Of a stretch of DNA of 33,472 nucleotides, positions 1 to 10,969 are shown piece after piece. The notes beneath the pieces are model-generated. The model had not been told where the DNA came from, did no database searches, and saw only the letters and a program-made list of their open reading frames with translations. Source of the stretch: Coleofasciculus sp. B1-GNL1-01 (lineage in GTDB: Bacteria; Cyanobacteriota; Cyanobacteriia; Cyanobacteriales; Coleofasciculaceae); assembly GCA_040220235.1 (NCBI GenBank), contig JAVJTO010000002.1; one strand, given 5' to 3'. The position numbers and the translations under genes are program-made. Each line of letters begins with the position of its first letter. Within the stretch, counting starts at the first letter, position 1.

Positions 1-10
1 TTAGTAGTAA

Positions 11-141
11 TAAGTAGTCGGACAAAAGAAAACGGTACTGTGTTAAGTTTTGCAAATTGCCCTCAAACCCTTACTGTTCCCTGTTCCCTGTTCCCTGTTC
101 CCTAATCTCAACCGTTCACTTTAATTGTGTCCACCTACTTA
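11..141. mobile_element. MITE-like element with imperfect terminal inverted repeats, containing a (CTGTTCC)x4 heptamer STRR at 74-102
   Basis: Starts TAAGTAGTCGGACAAAA and ends TTGTGTCCACCTACTTA (reverse complement TAAGTAGGTGGACACAA); non-coding. Confidence 0.65.
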
Positions 142-154
142 CTTACTTAGCTAA

Positions 155-410
155 AGCCCTGAACTAAAGTTCGGGCTAAAAGCTAAAACCCGTTAAAACG
201 GGTTCCCGGATTTCTCACCACAATTGCCCAAAGGCTCATACACCCTGGATTAACCGTAGAATAAGGCTTTCACAAAAATGCTCGAAACCTACTCCAGGTA
301 AAGGTTTCGACGACTCAGATAGCAAAACTTGTGAGAAATGCGGGGGGTTGTAATACTTACTTAGTAAGCTTTAGCTTACTTGAACTTTGAGCAGGGAATT
401 TATTTCCTGA
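155..410. repeat. Palindromic REP-like dispersed repeat interrupted by a MITE
   Basis: Hairpins GCCCTGAAC-TAAA-GTTCGGGC, AACCCGTT-AA-AACGGGTT, AGTAAGCT-TT-AGCTTACT and CAGGGAAT-TT-ATTTCCTG. Confidence 0.55.
205..344. mobile_element. 140-bp MITE with a 5-bp target-site duplication
   Basis: TIRs CCCGGATTTCTCAC and GTGAGAAATGCGGG; GGGTT directly repeated at 200-204 and 345-349. Confidence 0.8.
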
Positions 411-487
411 TGCCCAAGTTTACTACCATTCCGCTTAAGGAGCGTGACATTTGATTTAAGCTAAATGACATCAGTAAGTATAACGTT

Positions 488-1135
488 GTGAGTATATCAA
501 ATCAATCTTGGTTGACTCTTCTGCAAGAGTATCGTACCATTGCCGTGATTCGGACGTCTGACCAATCCTTAGGACGTCAAATGGCGCAGGCGGTAGCCGC
601 CGGGGGAATAAAGTTAATTGAGATTACCTGGAATACAGATGCGGCTGCTGATTTAATTCGTCATCTGCGCCAAGCGTTACCAGATTGTACGATTGGTACA
701 GGAACATTACTAAACTTGGAACAGGTACACCAAGCAATTGAGGCGGGGGCTGAGTTTCTGTTTACCCCTCATACCAATATCACTCTAATTAATACGGCTG
801 TTAATGCGGGAGTTCCCATTGTTCCTGGCGCACTTTCTCCCAGTGAAATTGTGACCGCTTGGGATGCGGGGGCTAGTTGCGTTAAGGTGTTTCCGATTCA
901 GGCGGTGGGCGGTGTTAGTTATATTAAAGCCTTACAAGGACCTTTGGGTCATATTCCCCTGATTCCTACAGGCGGCGTCACCTTCGCCAATGCTAAAGAC
1001 TTTATCACAGTCGGTGCGATCGCGGTCGGGTTGGCGGGAGACTTGTTCCCCACATCCCTCATCGCGTCTGGGGATTGGCACGGAATTACCCAACGGGCGA
1101 AAAAACTTCGATCCCAATTTAGCGGTGATCCATAA
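488..1135 (+). CDS. eda: KDPG/KHG aldolase (2-keto-3-deoxy-6-phosphogluconate aldolase)
   Basis: 215 aa; motifs IEITW, GTGT, VKVFP (Schiff-base Lys) and IPTGGV. Confidence 0.92.
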   Translation: MSISNQSWLTLLQEYRTIAVIRTSDQSLGRQMAQAVAAGGIKLIEITWNTDAAADLIRHLRQALPDCTIGTGTLLNLEQVHQAIEAGAEFLFTPHTNITLINTAVNAGVPIVPGALSPSEIVTAWDAGASCVKVFPIQAVGGVSYIKALQGPLGHIPLIPTGGVTFANAKDFITVGAIAVGLAGDLFPTSLIASGDWHGITQRAKKLRSQFSGDP

Positions 1136-1176
1136 AATAGAAGTAAGAGGATCATTGTGTCATCTCCCAAGTTTCC

Positions 1177-1689
1177 ATGAAAAGCATCAAATTTGCCCCT
1201 TGGGGACGCCGTTTTGGAACGTTCCTAGCGGGCGTCGCCTTAGCTACAACCCTGTTTGGGTTTGAGATACCTGTCGCCCATCCCACACCCCACACTGAAC
1301 AGATTGCCAGCAAAATGGCGGCGCTGCAAAATACAAACCAGCGCTGGATTGAAATTAATCTCAGCAATCAACGGTTAATTGCTTGGGAAGGAGGGGAACA
1401 AGTCTATGCGGTGATTGTCTCCACCGGGAAACAGGCGACACCTACCCGTACAGGTGTCTTTAACATTCAAACCAAGCTGCGCCGCGATCGCATGCGGGGT
1501 CCGGGTTATGATATCTCTAATGTGCCGTATACCATGTATTACCAAGGTGGCTATGCTATTCATGGGGCGTATTGGCACAATAACTTTGGTACTCGTATGA
1601 GTCATGGTTGTGTAAATGTAGCAGTTGATCACGCCGAGTGGTTATATAATTGGGCGTCTGTGGGAACGCCAGTAGTGATTCATCAGTAA
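1177..1689 (+). CDS. L,D-transpeptidase (YkuD/ErfK family), exported
   Basis: N-terminal signal or TM segment; VSTGK, TPTRTG and [16 protein letters not shown] catalytic His/Cys motif. Confidence 0.92.
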   Translation: MKSIKFAPWGRRFGTFLAGVALATTLFGFEIPVAHPTPHTEQIASKMAALQNTNQRWIEINLSNQRLIAWEGGEQVYAVIVSTGKQATPTRTGVFNIQTKLRRDRMRGPGYDISNVPYTMYYQGGYAIHGAYWHNNFGTRMSHGCVNVAVDHAEWLYNWASVGTPVVIHQ

Positions 1690-1704
1690 ACCCCCCAGAT
1701 AATC

Positions 1705-1770
1705 AGGGCGGGTTTTGAATAAACATTATCATCAATAGCGAAACGTAATTTCCTCGCGCCCGCCCCTACA
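1705..1770. repeat. GTAG-type REP hairpin between convergent genes, possibly acting as a terminator
   Basis: AGGGCGGG ... CCCGCCCCTACA; it overlaps the NACHT stop codon. Confidence 0.6.
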
Positions 1771-4105
1771 AATTCACGCGGCATGTTCTTGAAGGACGTG
1801 AAGAATCACAACTTCCCTCATCAACAATCAACACATTATTTTCGATTTCCGCCCTCACCTCAGCACTCACTTGACCCTCACTATTGAGACAATCAACAAG
1901 AAACTGATTTGCCTGATAACATTGCTGTAATCGTTGCCATTGGTCTTGACTAAACTGCCAATCTTGACCAATAGCGCGATACTCAATAATAATAGAACGA
2001 AACTGTTGCAGCCAAGCTTCACCGTTAACTTGCCACCAAGCTTGTAACCCTTCTTTTCCTTGGGCGGGATCAGGAAGTTGAGCTTTAATTTGCTGGAGAG
2101 ACTGCTGGAATGCTTTGTCCAACTGAAAGGTTCGCTCAAAATCTAAGGCAAATTCTAGGTTGAGAATCTGCTTTACAATTGGCTTCTTAATCAGCATCTC
2201 AGTTAAATCCAATGCCCGCGCTAGGGTTAAATCTAAGGCTAAATCGTTGGGTAATTCCTGGGCTAGCTTGGCATCAAGAGACATCGCTAAGTTTAAATCC
2301 CGATCCTGAAATAATGTCCAGTAAAAGGCTCGTAATGCAGCAGGGTGGCAATCCAATTTCAGCTGATTTACTTTCTGATCAATGGTGTCAATAAAAGCCT
2401 TTATTTGCCGATCATCCTTAACTAACTTATCAATTTCCTCCTTGATTAGCTGGAGTAATAGATCCGCCGTGGGTAAAAGACTCACAGTGAGCAAAAAGAC
2501 TTCCTTCCATTGGGAATCAGTGATATGAGTAGCTAACTGTTGCAATGCCTCTGTGGTTTGAGTTGCGACAATTTTTCGGGCGGTTAGATATTCCTGAAAC
2601 GTGAGATGAGAAAAGGAATAAATATCTCGCGCCCGTTCCACGAGTAACCCATGCTGTAACTCAATGGCTTTGAGAACACCTTCACTGGTTAACCATAGGG
2701 TTTCTAAATCCTGACTCCCATTGGGGAAATTCTGGAGATAGTCGGAAATAATCGGCAGAACTTCACTTTTTTCAAAAAAGTAGTTCCCCTGTGCAAACAT
2801 CGTCGCCGCGATTTGACTCAGGAGTTTGATCTTATCAGAAAGCTGTAAGTTGCGATAGGTTTGATCCCGTTGAATTCCTCTGGCTTTATCCCAGCGCACT
2901 AGCAAAATATCTAATCCCGCCTGATAGAGTTTGGCGCGTTTGCTGGGAAAGGTTGCCCGTTCCTGAAATACGGAACAGACTAAACTGAGTAAAATTGGGG
3001 TGACGACGAGTTCTCGAATCGGTTGGTTTTCTGGACGGTGTAATTGTTCCAGGAATTGAGTGGCTTTGGCTAATCCGACGCGCTGATAATTTTTATTAGT
3101 GGCGGTAAACCATTTTTTGGCAAAGGTTTCAATTTGATGGGGGTCAAAATCGGCTAACTCGACATAAGTAAACCCGCGAAAGTGGTATTGTTGAGCGGCG
3201 ATGCGACTGGTAATAATAATCTGATTTTGGTAATACTCATCTGCAAAGAGTTGTATCTGTTGCAGGAGTTCTGGAGTATCGGCTTTGGAGACTTCATCTA
3301 AACCGTCGAGTAATAGTAGGACTTTCCCATGTTGCAGTAAGGGTTCTATCTGTTCTGGAGAAATGCCAAAAGTTTTCCACTTTGTACTCAGATAATTGAG
3401 TAGACTGAAATTACCAGTAGTTCGGGCTTGTTTGGTAAATTGTCTCAGGGAGATAAAGACGGGAATACAGTCTGGTTTAAATTGACCTGCGTTGCATTGA
3501 AGGGCAAGATATTGTAAGAATGTGGTTTTGCCTGCACCCGGTTTACCGAGAAGGGTGAGTTTAGAATGCATCATCACCGCCTCCATTCCGGGAATGGCGG
3601 GTTGATTCAGTTGAGTTAAGCGAACGCGATCGCCTGCTTTGGGCTGAGAAGCCTGTAAGTCAGACACCTCAAGCCATCGCTGATGGGTGAGGTGGGGTAA
3701 GATTTTGACGTGGGTATAGAGGTGATCCAGGAGTAGAGGCTGGGTGACATCAAAGGAGGATTGCAGGATACCCGCTTGAACCTGGATGTGATCCTGGAGT
3801 TGCGATCGCATTAGTTGCACCCAAGCATCAATTTGGCTGGGCGTATTGCACTCCAGTGTTGGGGTTGAGAGTACAGAGGTTGGCGGAAAATCGGCAATAT
3901 CTTGCCAATCGAGATCTAATTGAAAACAGATATCAATAAAATAGGCTCGATCAATCGGTTTCCCGCGAAAAAACTTCCAAACCGAGTGGCGGGTTTCTAA
4001 ACCCACCTGGGCGGCGAGGTATTCTTGAGTCCATCCCTTACGTTCAAAGGCTTGTTTTGCCTGGGTGATACCGATAGTGGATGCTTTTAGCGATCGCTTA
4101 GCCAT
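1766..4105 (-). CDS. NACHT (STAND) NTPase with N-terminal XRE-like HTH and C-terminal helical domain
   Basis: GWTQEYLA HTH-like segment, Walker A GKPGAGKTT, Walker B LLLLDGLDE, ITSR, PILL and FSHLTFQEYL. Confidence 0.9.
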   Translation of the reverse strand: MAKRSLKASTIGITQAKQAFERKGWTQEYLAAQVGLETRHSVWKFFRGKPIDRAYFIDICFQLDLDWQDIADFPPTSVLSTPTLECNTPSQIDAWVQLMRSQLQDHIQVQAGILQSSFDVTQPLLLDHLYTHVKILPHLTHQRWLEVSDLQASQPKAGDRVRLTQLNQPAIPGMEAVMMHSKLTLLGKPGAGKTTFLQYLALQCNAGQFKPDCIPVFISLRQFTKQARTTGNFSLLNYLSTKWKTFGISPEQIEPLLQHGKVLLLLDGLDEVSKADTPELLQQIQLFADEYYQNQIIITSRIAAQQYHFRGFTYVELADFDPHQIETFAKKWFTATNKNYQRVGLAKATQFLEQLHRPENQPIRELVVTPILLSLVCSVFQERATFPSKRAKLYQAGLDILLVRWDKARGIQRDQTYRNLQLSDKIKLLSQIAATMFAQGNYFFEKSEVLPIISDYLQNFPNGSQDLETLWLTSEGVLKAIELQHGLLVERARDIYSFSHLTFQEYLTARKIVATQTTEALQQLATHITDSQWKEVFLLTVSLLPTADLLLQLIKEEIDKLVKDDRQIKAFIDTIDQKVNQLKLDCHPAALRAFYWTLFQDRDLNLAMSLDAKLAQELPNDLALDLTLARALDLTEMLIKKPIVKQILNLEFALDFERTFQLDKAFQQSLQQIKAQLPDPAQGKEGLQAWWQVNGEAWLQQFRSIIIEYRAIGQDWQFSQDQWQRLQQCYQANQFLVDCLNSEGQVSAEVRAEIENNVLIVDEGSCDSSRPSRTCRVNL

Positions 4106-4180
4106 TGCTGCTGTTACCTACTACTGACAACTGGGGGATTTTTTCTCAGTATTCCCGTTCCCGTTGTCTGGGTATCGCCT

Positions 4181-4304
4181 TAGCTCACCAAAATGGTTTG
4201 ACCCGTCTCGCTTGAATTTAAATTTGTGGGATCGTGTAGGGTGGGTTAGGCGGGACTTTAATGGAGACGATAACTATTCAATGAGTTATCCGCCGTAACC
4301 CACC
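4181..4304 (+). repeat. 124-bp direct repeat, copy 1 (gene-end fragment plus GTAG REP)
   Basis: Matches 19180-19303 with 7 mismatches by eye; contains GTAGGGTGGGTTAGGCGG...CCGCCGTAACCCACC from 4236. Confidence 0.9.
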
Positions 4305-4421
4305 GATGTTAACTGGAAGGTGGAAGCAATAAGCCTCAATCAATAGATAAAAAGCGATACAAATAGCGAGCGAGACGCTCGCACTACAAGACTTTCGCCG
4401 TTATTGATATTAAGGTTTAAA

Positions 4422-5997
4422 CTGAAGTTCCCCTTTGACAAATCGCTACACTGTATGTCTATCCCGGCTTAGGGCGATTTCAGTTTCAGGTTCACTGGGT
4501 ACATATCAGGCTGACGCCCAACAAATCTAAAGCCTTTCTTTGTACAGGAGTCGGTTCGGTTACCTTGTCAAAGTCGAAATTTACACCTGGGATATTAGAT
4601 TGAATTCGATTGTTAACAATTGTCCCTAAATCAGCTAACAAGGTTTGAAAGCTATGTACAGGTAAATTATCGGCTGTCCGCTTCTTTTTGGCTTTGTCAG
4701 AAGCTGAATCGCTCTTCGTCGAATGAGTAACAATTCCTTCACGTAACCCAAGGGAATCTTCCCAATCATCTTCATCAAATAAGATTGGTGATAAACATTG
4801 ACGCATATGCCATTCTACATAATACGCCAACATACATAAGAATACATGAGCTTTCACTCTATCGCTGTTACGATGATAGATGGGACGCACTTTTAAGTCA
4901 ATGGTTTTATAGCTGCGGAAGGCTTGCTCAACTTTGGATAAACTCTTATAGGCTTTTACGGTATCTTCGGCGTTCAATGTTTCTTCGGGTACGGAACTTC
5001 TCACCACATATAAGCCATCCAATGTCGCTTCTTCCTCGATACTTTCTCGGTTTCTTTGGTAAGAGAAGCTATCGGGAGTGATTTGGATTTTGAAATGTTT
5101 AGCCACACCATACTTGTTGATGACTTCACCCACTTTTAGTCCAATTTCAGCTTCACCTTTTAAGGGACATCTTTGCCGCGATGTGGCGCTGACTATTTTA
5201 TCTAATTTCTGCTCAGTGGCTTGTAATAACTCTTCGCGGTTTCCCTTTTTTCTTGTCTCTATTATATCCAAATTGTGCCAGAGGACAATTTTTTCCCTCA
5301 AAATAGGTTGAACTGACATCATAGAGAACTAATGTTCCTTCTACCAGATGGATAGATGCTAAACTGTTTTCTATCTCCTCTTGCCGAGACAAGAGCCAGT
5401 CCATGGCTAAATAGAGTTCGTCTTCATCCGTCCCAGACAATCCCAATCGTTCTCCTAGACTGGATAGTTTAGTTGCCTCTTGTAATCCTCTGGCTGTGGC
5501 TAATTTTGACTTAGGGGCAATAATCCGCGCCGCTATCATCGATAACACTAATCGTCTGTTACGTGTGTTTTCGTCGCTAATGATTGAGTCTAATCCTATT
5601 TTCTTTATCGTTCCTAGTACCGCAGCGACGTGACCGTGAGGGCGAGAACGGACTATGTTAAACGCCTCCTCTATGTCTTCAATCGCTTTGCCACCTTTGA
5701 GGAGAATCTTTAAACCGTCTACCGCCTCATCCGGCAATTTAGACAGGTTCGCTAGGGTACGTTTACGCACTTTCTTGCCTTCGCGATAGGACTCACGAAG
5801 TAATACGGCGGGTGGGGAATTTCTGGCAAGGAACACGTTCGATGTACATGACTACAATTATCTCATAATTTTTCTCCCAAGAGTATTAAGAAAATCTTAA
5901 ATATACATGGGTACAAATTGAGAAGAGTAATTGTTTGAAATGCTTATATAGTCGGGGTTTCGGCTTCTATCCTCAATCGGGATGGGGGGAACTTCAG
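4422..5997 (-). mobile_element. IS1634-family insertion sequence, internally deleted
   Basis: TIRs CTGAAGTTCCCC (4422) and GGGGAACTTCAG (5997); TTTAAA duplicated at 4416-4421 and 5998-6003; left end homologous to 33093 onward. Confidence 0.9.
4492..5849 (-). pseudogene. IS1634-family DDE transposase split into two frames
   Basis: N-part has LLRESYREGKKV, LYLAMDWL and LYDVSSTYFEG..FGYNRD; C-part has YKSLSKVEQAFRSYK and VRPIYH..RVKAHVFLCMLAYY. The central part is missing and the frame changes near 5240. Confidence 0.85.
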
Positions 5998-6062
5998 TTT
6001 AAATGCCGAACAACTTAACCCCGATCTATTGCTGTTGAAATCGCGTTTAGGTCGAACTCAGC

Positions 6063-9000
6063 TTATAAATTATTGCCAATCAAGATAAAAGGTGCCCAGT
6101 AGTAGGGATCGGAAAACGTAGAAGCAGTATTCTGACTTGAACCCATGGGTACATCACCCCGCAACAAACTTAATTGGGCTTGACGCAGGGCTTGGGCTTT
6201 GGTAATTGGAGATTCAGGTGTACCTTTAGCTAAGTTGTTGTAGAACTGTTCCATTAACAGGCGCGTACTCTGATCATCGACGGGCCACAAGGACGCCATG
6301 ACTGCCTGAGCACCGCCGTTGATAAAATAATAGCTAAGACCCGCAATTTCAGTCCCGTCGGTTCCGGAACCACCCAGGGCAGTTTCACAAGCTGATAAAA
6401 CCACTAAATGAATGTTGCCTAAATTCTGTAAGTTTTGAATATCAGGAATGGATAGCTTGTCGCCGTCACCGAGAACTAAGTAAGAATTATAAGCATTGCC
6501 AGGAACGAAATTACTATGGGTGGCAATATGAAGGATTAAATGATTGGCTAAGTTATCTTTTAAGGCTTTGTAGTTGAAGGCGTCGTTGAGGAATTCCAAG
6601 CCGGGATAAATGCCTTTGGGATCGGTAGCAGATTGACGCACGATCGCATCCAATTCTTCGGGTACATTAGGGAGGGAGCGAAAACCTAGCACAGGTTGGG
6701 ACAGTCCTAGTCCCAGAACAAAGGTATTGTCGGTTCCAGGAGGCAGGCGATCGCGTAAATTGGTGACATTGGCTGAGATAATCGTGGAGATGGTGTAACG
6801 CTCGATTAGATAGGTTTCCCCATCAAATAGCGCACTCATGGGAATATAGCGGGTAACGTGGTCGAGAGCAAAGACTAAGTTGTCAATTTGGTTGTCTTGG
6901 AGTTCCTGTTGTAAGGATTCGGGAATTAACCAGTTGTAGAGTTTCTCAGCCGTGGCTTTGAGTTCAGCCCGATTCGCGCCTGTGTCTTGCAAAAGAAGGC
7001 GAAATTGAAAGACGGTGTCGCTGAGTTGTGCCACTCCGACTTGGGGGACTTCGATACTTTGCAAAATTCCACCCGCAGCCGCCCATAAAATCCACAGTTT
7101 GTCTTCTAGGACTAACGGATAAATGATCACGGTTCCCGGTTGGGATGAGAGAATTTTTTCGGCGTTGTCGCCTAAGAGTTCGGGGTCAAGAAAGGCGATA
7201 TCTTTGTCCAGGCGATCGCGAATTTCTGTTTCTAGGGATTGGATGGTTGCTTCAAACTGTTGAGTAATGGCTTGACGCTGGTTGATGAGTTGGCTTTTTT
7301 CCTCACATTGGCGTTGTTGACAGTCCTCAATTTTCCGTCCTAGGGCAATTAAGGTACGATGAATTTGCAAGAGTTCGGTTTCGGTGGGAGTGGTGGCAAT
7401 ACCGGAGGTTTCACCGCCAGCACGAGTGTTTTTAGTAAATTGGCGTAATTCTTGGACTTTCAGCAGTTCTAAGACTTGTTGTGCTTCTAAGATGCGTCCT
7501 TGGGAGAGTAAGAGATTGGCTAAAGCGCGATAGGGATCAGCAACGGTTTCAGTATAGGTTTTTTGGTCGTCAAGGGTTAGGGTTTGCAGGTTTTGGCGGA
7601 TGGTTTCGGTGACATTAACGGCTTCTTTGTAGAAGAGAACCGCCAGTTCCGGTTGGTTTTGTTGTTCAAAGAGAGTGGCAATATTACTCAGGGCAATTCG
7701 TTGTCCGGGGCGATCGCCAATTTCTCGGAAAATGTCGAGGGCGGGTTGTAAAAGGGCTAGGGCTTGGGCATTCTTACCTGTAGTGGCATAAGCGCTGGCA
7801 AGACTGTTCAAGATGCGACCTTCTCCCGCTTTGTCGCCAATGTCTCGGCTAATTTCTAGGGCTTGTTGATAGAAATCGAAGGCTTGGGACTGTAGACCCA
7901 TACGACTATAAACACCACCAATGTGATCCAGTGCTTTTGCTTCACTGGCTTTATCTTGAATTGTTCTAGCAATTGTCAACGCCTGTTCATAAGTGGCTAA
8001 GGCTTGAGGATATTGGTTGAGGCGTTCGTAGACAATGCCCAGGCTTCTGAGACTGTTTCCTTCTCCCGCTTTGTCGCCAGTTTCTTGGCGAATGGTTAAG
8101 GCTTGTTGTAAGATATTTAGGGCTTGGGAATACTGACCTAAATCATAGTAGACACCGCCGATATTATTTAGAGTGTTACCAACACCTGCTTTGTCATTAA
8201 TCCCTTGTCGAATTGTCAGCGCTTGTTGATAGAAGTTCAGAGCCTGGGGATATTGTCCCCGACTGTAGTAAATTCCGCCTATATTTTCCAGGGCGTTGGC
8301 TTCACCTGCTTGATTGTTAATGTCTTGAGCAATGGTTAAGGCTTCTTGGTAAGCGGTTAAGGCGTCCTCATATTGACCGAGATTCTCATGAACTGTACCC
8401 AGGTTGTTTAGTGTACTGCCAATACTGGCGCGATCGTTTATGTCTTTGAGAATGGCTAAGGCTTGCTGATAAGATGCTAAGGCTTGCTGATCCTGACCGA
8501 ACTGACGATAAACTAATCCCATATTGCTGAGAATACGTCCAATTCCGGCTTTATCATTTAGGGTTTGGCGCATGGCTAACGCCTGCTGATAGTAGTTGAG
8601 CGCTTGTTGATAATCTCCTAAGTTGTAGTAAACTCCAGCGATATTATTAACTGTGCGTCCTTCGTCTCGCTTGTCACCGACTTCCTGGCGAATGGCTAAT
8701 GCTTGTTGGTATAGTTCTAAGGCTGAGTCATACTCACCTTGAGCGGCGTCAATTGCGGCGATATTGTGTAAGGCTTCTGCTTCAATGGCGCGGTTACTGA
8801 TTGTTTGGGCGATCGCTAATGCTTGTTGGTGTAGGGTTAAGGCTTGGGGATAATCGCTTAATAAGCGATGAACATAACCCATGTTATTTAGGGTTTCTCC
8901 AATCCCTGCTTGATCATCAAGTTCTTGGCGAATGGTTAACGCTTGTTCTAAGGCGTCCCAGGCTTGGTTATAGTTGCTTAATTGGGTGTAAGTTTCTCCA

Positions 9001-9281
9001 ATATTATCCAGGGTTTCGGCAATCCCGGCTTGGTCATTGAGAGTTAAACGAATTTTCAGCACGTTTTGATAGGTTTCCAGGGCGGCTGGAAATGACCCGG
9101 AACGAAATTGTTCGACGCCTTGTTGAAAGAGTTGGTCAGCTTCAGCCTTTTGGTCTTGCGTTGGGACAGAATTAGTCGTTTCTGGGGTTTGTGCTGAGGC
9201 GGTTAAATGTAGACCAGCTAAAGGTATGGATAAAAGCAGGATGGTCGTAATAAGTTGAAGACGTAGCAAGTAAGAATACAC
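6063..9281 (-). CDS. Secreted TPR-repeat protein with C-terminal CHAT (caspase-like, HetF-associated) peptidase domain
   Basis: Signal peptide; about 13 40-aa TPR units (LNNIG.VY..LGQY.QAL..YQQAL); catalytic motifs LHIATHS and VVLSACET; ASLWPVDD and PYYWAPF. Confidence 0.92.
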   Translation of the reverse strand: MYSYLLRLQLITTILLLSIPLAGLHLTASAQTPETTNSVPTQDQKAEADQLFQQGVEQFRSGSFPAALETYQNVLKIRLTLNDQAGIAETLDNIGETYTQLSNYNQAWDALEQALTIRQELDDQAGIGETLNNMGYVHRLLSDYPQALTLHQQALAIAQTISNRAIEAEALHNIAAIDAAQGEYDSALELYQQALAIRQEVGDKRDEGRTVNNIAGVYYNLGDYQQALNYYQQALAMRQTLNDKAGIGRILSNMGLVYRQFGQDQQALASYQQALAILKDINDRASIGSTLNNLGTVHENLGQYEDALTAYQEALTIAQDINNQAGEANALENIGGIYYSRGQYPQALNFYQQALTIRQGINDKAGVGNTLNNIGGVYYDLGQYSQALNILQQALTIRQETGDKAGEGNSLRSLGIVYERLNQYPQALATYEQALTIARTIQDKASEAKALDHIGGVYSRMGLQSQAFDFYQQALEISRDIGDKAGEGRILNSLASAYATTGKNAQALALLQPALDIFREIGDRPGQRIALSNIATLFEQQNQPELAVLFYKEAVNVTETIRQNLQTLTLDDQKTYTETVADPYRALANLLLSQGRILEAQQVLELLKVQELRQFTKNTRAGGETSGIATTPTETELLQIHRTLIALGRKIEDCQQRQCEEKSQLINQRQAITQQFEATIQSLETEIRDRLDKDIAFLDPELLGDNAEKILSSQPGTVIIYPLVLEDKLWILWAAAGGILQSIEVPQVGVAQLSDTVFQFRLLLQDTGANRAELKATAEKLYNWLIPESLQQELQDNQIDNLVFALDHVTRYIPMSALFDGETYLIERYTISTIISANVTNLRDRLPPGTDNTFVLGLGLSQPVLGFRSLPNVPEELDAIVRQSATDPKGIYPGLEFLNDAFNYKALKDNLANHLILHIATHSNFVPGNAYNSYLVLGDGDKLSIPDIQNLQNLGNIHLVVLSACETALGGSGTDGTEIAGLSYYFINGGAQAVMASLWPVDDQSTRLLMEQFYNNLAKGTPESPITKAQALRQAQLSLLRGDVPMGSSQNTASTFSDPYYWAPFILIGNNL

Positions 9282-9325
9282 CAGTTAAGTTCTCCCAAAA
9301 AAGTGTTTATCCATATTTTATTTAA

Positions 9326-10842
9326 TTAAAATTTTGGTATCCGCCATAACCTGATTTGGTCAGAGCCACTATTGATCTGGTCAGAGCCACTAACCAAAAA
9401 CTGACCATCTGGGGTGACAGTTAAGTTACTAAAATCAGGATCGACGAGTGTAATACTCAGTAAATCTTCGTTAGCATCGATAACTGATAGCGTGAGCGTA
9501 TTATTATTTAAATAACCCCCACTAACAAAGAGTGTATTATCTAGACCGAAGGCAAAGAAAGCTGGCCAGTAGTTAACTTTGAGGGTATACTTTTCCTGCT
9601 GGGATGCTAGGTTATACAGTTTGATAGTTCCGTCGGAATACAGTTTGATAGTTCCGTCGGAACTCGCAATACCAAGAGTCTGACCGTCCGGACTGATAGC
9701 AATATCAATAGAGTAAATTTGATAATCAATAGTAAAGGTGTGGAGTTCCTTACCAGTACTTACATCCCACAATTTCACGGTTCCCCCCTGCGGTTCATTA
9801 AAATCTCTGTAGAAGATTCCACTACTAGCGATGGTCTCACCGTCCGGGCTAAATACAACAGAACTAACAGAAGATCCATCATTTGGATCTTCTTTCACCT
9901 CAAAATGCCTCAAGGTGCGGATTTGCTGTCCAGTGCTAACATCCCATAACTCTACAGTTCCGTTACCAGTACCACTGGCAAGGATCTTACTATCCGGGCT
10001 GAACGCTATTGAAACATAAGAAGCTCTGTTTCTTGTGAAAGTGTGAGTTAAGCTGCCATTGCTAATATTCCATAAATAAATCTTATCTGGGTAATCGCGG
10101 TAGACACTGGCAAGGATCTGATTATTCGGACTGATCGCTATTGAGTTCATCGTAAAATCTTCTGAGGGAATAGAGAATCGGCGAATTACTTTGCCAGTAG
10201 CAAGATTCCACAGATAAATGTATTTGTATGCGTTAGCGCAATGAGTGGCAATCGTCTGGCTATCTGGAGAGATAGCCAAAAGCTTAACCCTACAGTTATC
10301 TCCCATTGTTTGACATTGGTGTAAACCAAAGCATAGCCATCCTCTAAAGAACTCTGCGATCGCCCAGAGATTTTCCCTGATGTAATTTGAAAGATGCGTT
10401 GAGTAATTGCTTCTCCCGGATGGGGCCAACCAGAAATATAGATTGTTGCACCCTCGACTACTGTATCAGAATTACCGAGTTGTGCAACTCGGTAGCTTTG
10501 ATTACTGGTAAATTGTACGACTGCGAGGTCTACGTCTGGGAGTTTCTTTACTGTGTCATAATCCAGGGTATGTTTTGTACCATCGAAGGTAATAATTTCA
10601 TATTCATCTGGGGTAGGCACGACATGGTTGGCGGTGAGGACGTAGTAAGTGTTTCCCTGTTTGGCAATCAGTACTCCTGAACCAGGATTCTGACCATTGA
10701 TGATTACAGTTACCTCTTTGGCAAGAGATGCGATCGCCTGTTCATCCAAGGTTTGCGAAACCGCTACCTGTGGTTGTACCATCACAATGGCTGATGAACC
10801 AATCAACGCTGCTGATAATCCAGAATAAGTCTTGTGCCACAT
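9326..10842 (-). pseudogene. Trypsin-like serine protease-WD40 paralog 1, split by a frameshifting deletion that removes the catalytic Ser motif
   Basis: ORF 10186-10842 has a signal, VLTANHVV and DLAVV, but homology stops at YTNV before GMSG. ORF 9326-10429 carries the WD40 repeats; junction near 10312. Confidence 0.85.
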
Positions 10843-10969
10843 TTAATTTAATTCCTACATTTCAAGGTTTTTAACGACAGAATTTTGTTTGAGTTTATTT
10901 TAATTTTGTTTGTCACTTAAAATAATAAACAATTATAATATATTTTACCTCCTCAAACACACAATAAAA

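Noticed and set aside
10316..10429. Start of ORF 9326-10429 (MAPSGRSNY...) as a real N-terminus
   Set aside because: It is the alternate frame of the protease-coding DNA upstream of the deletion junction.
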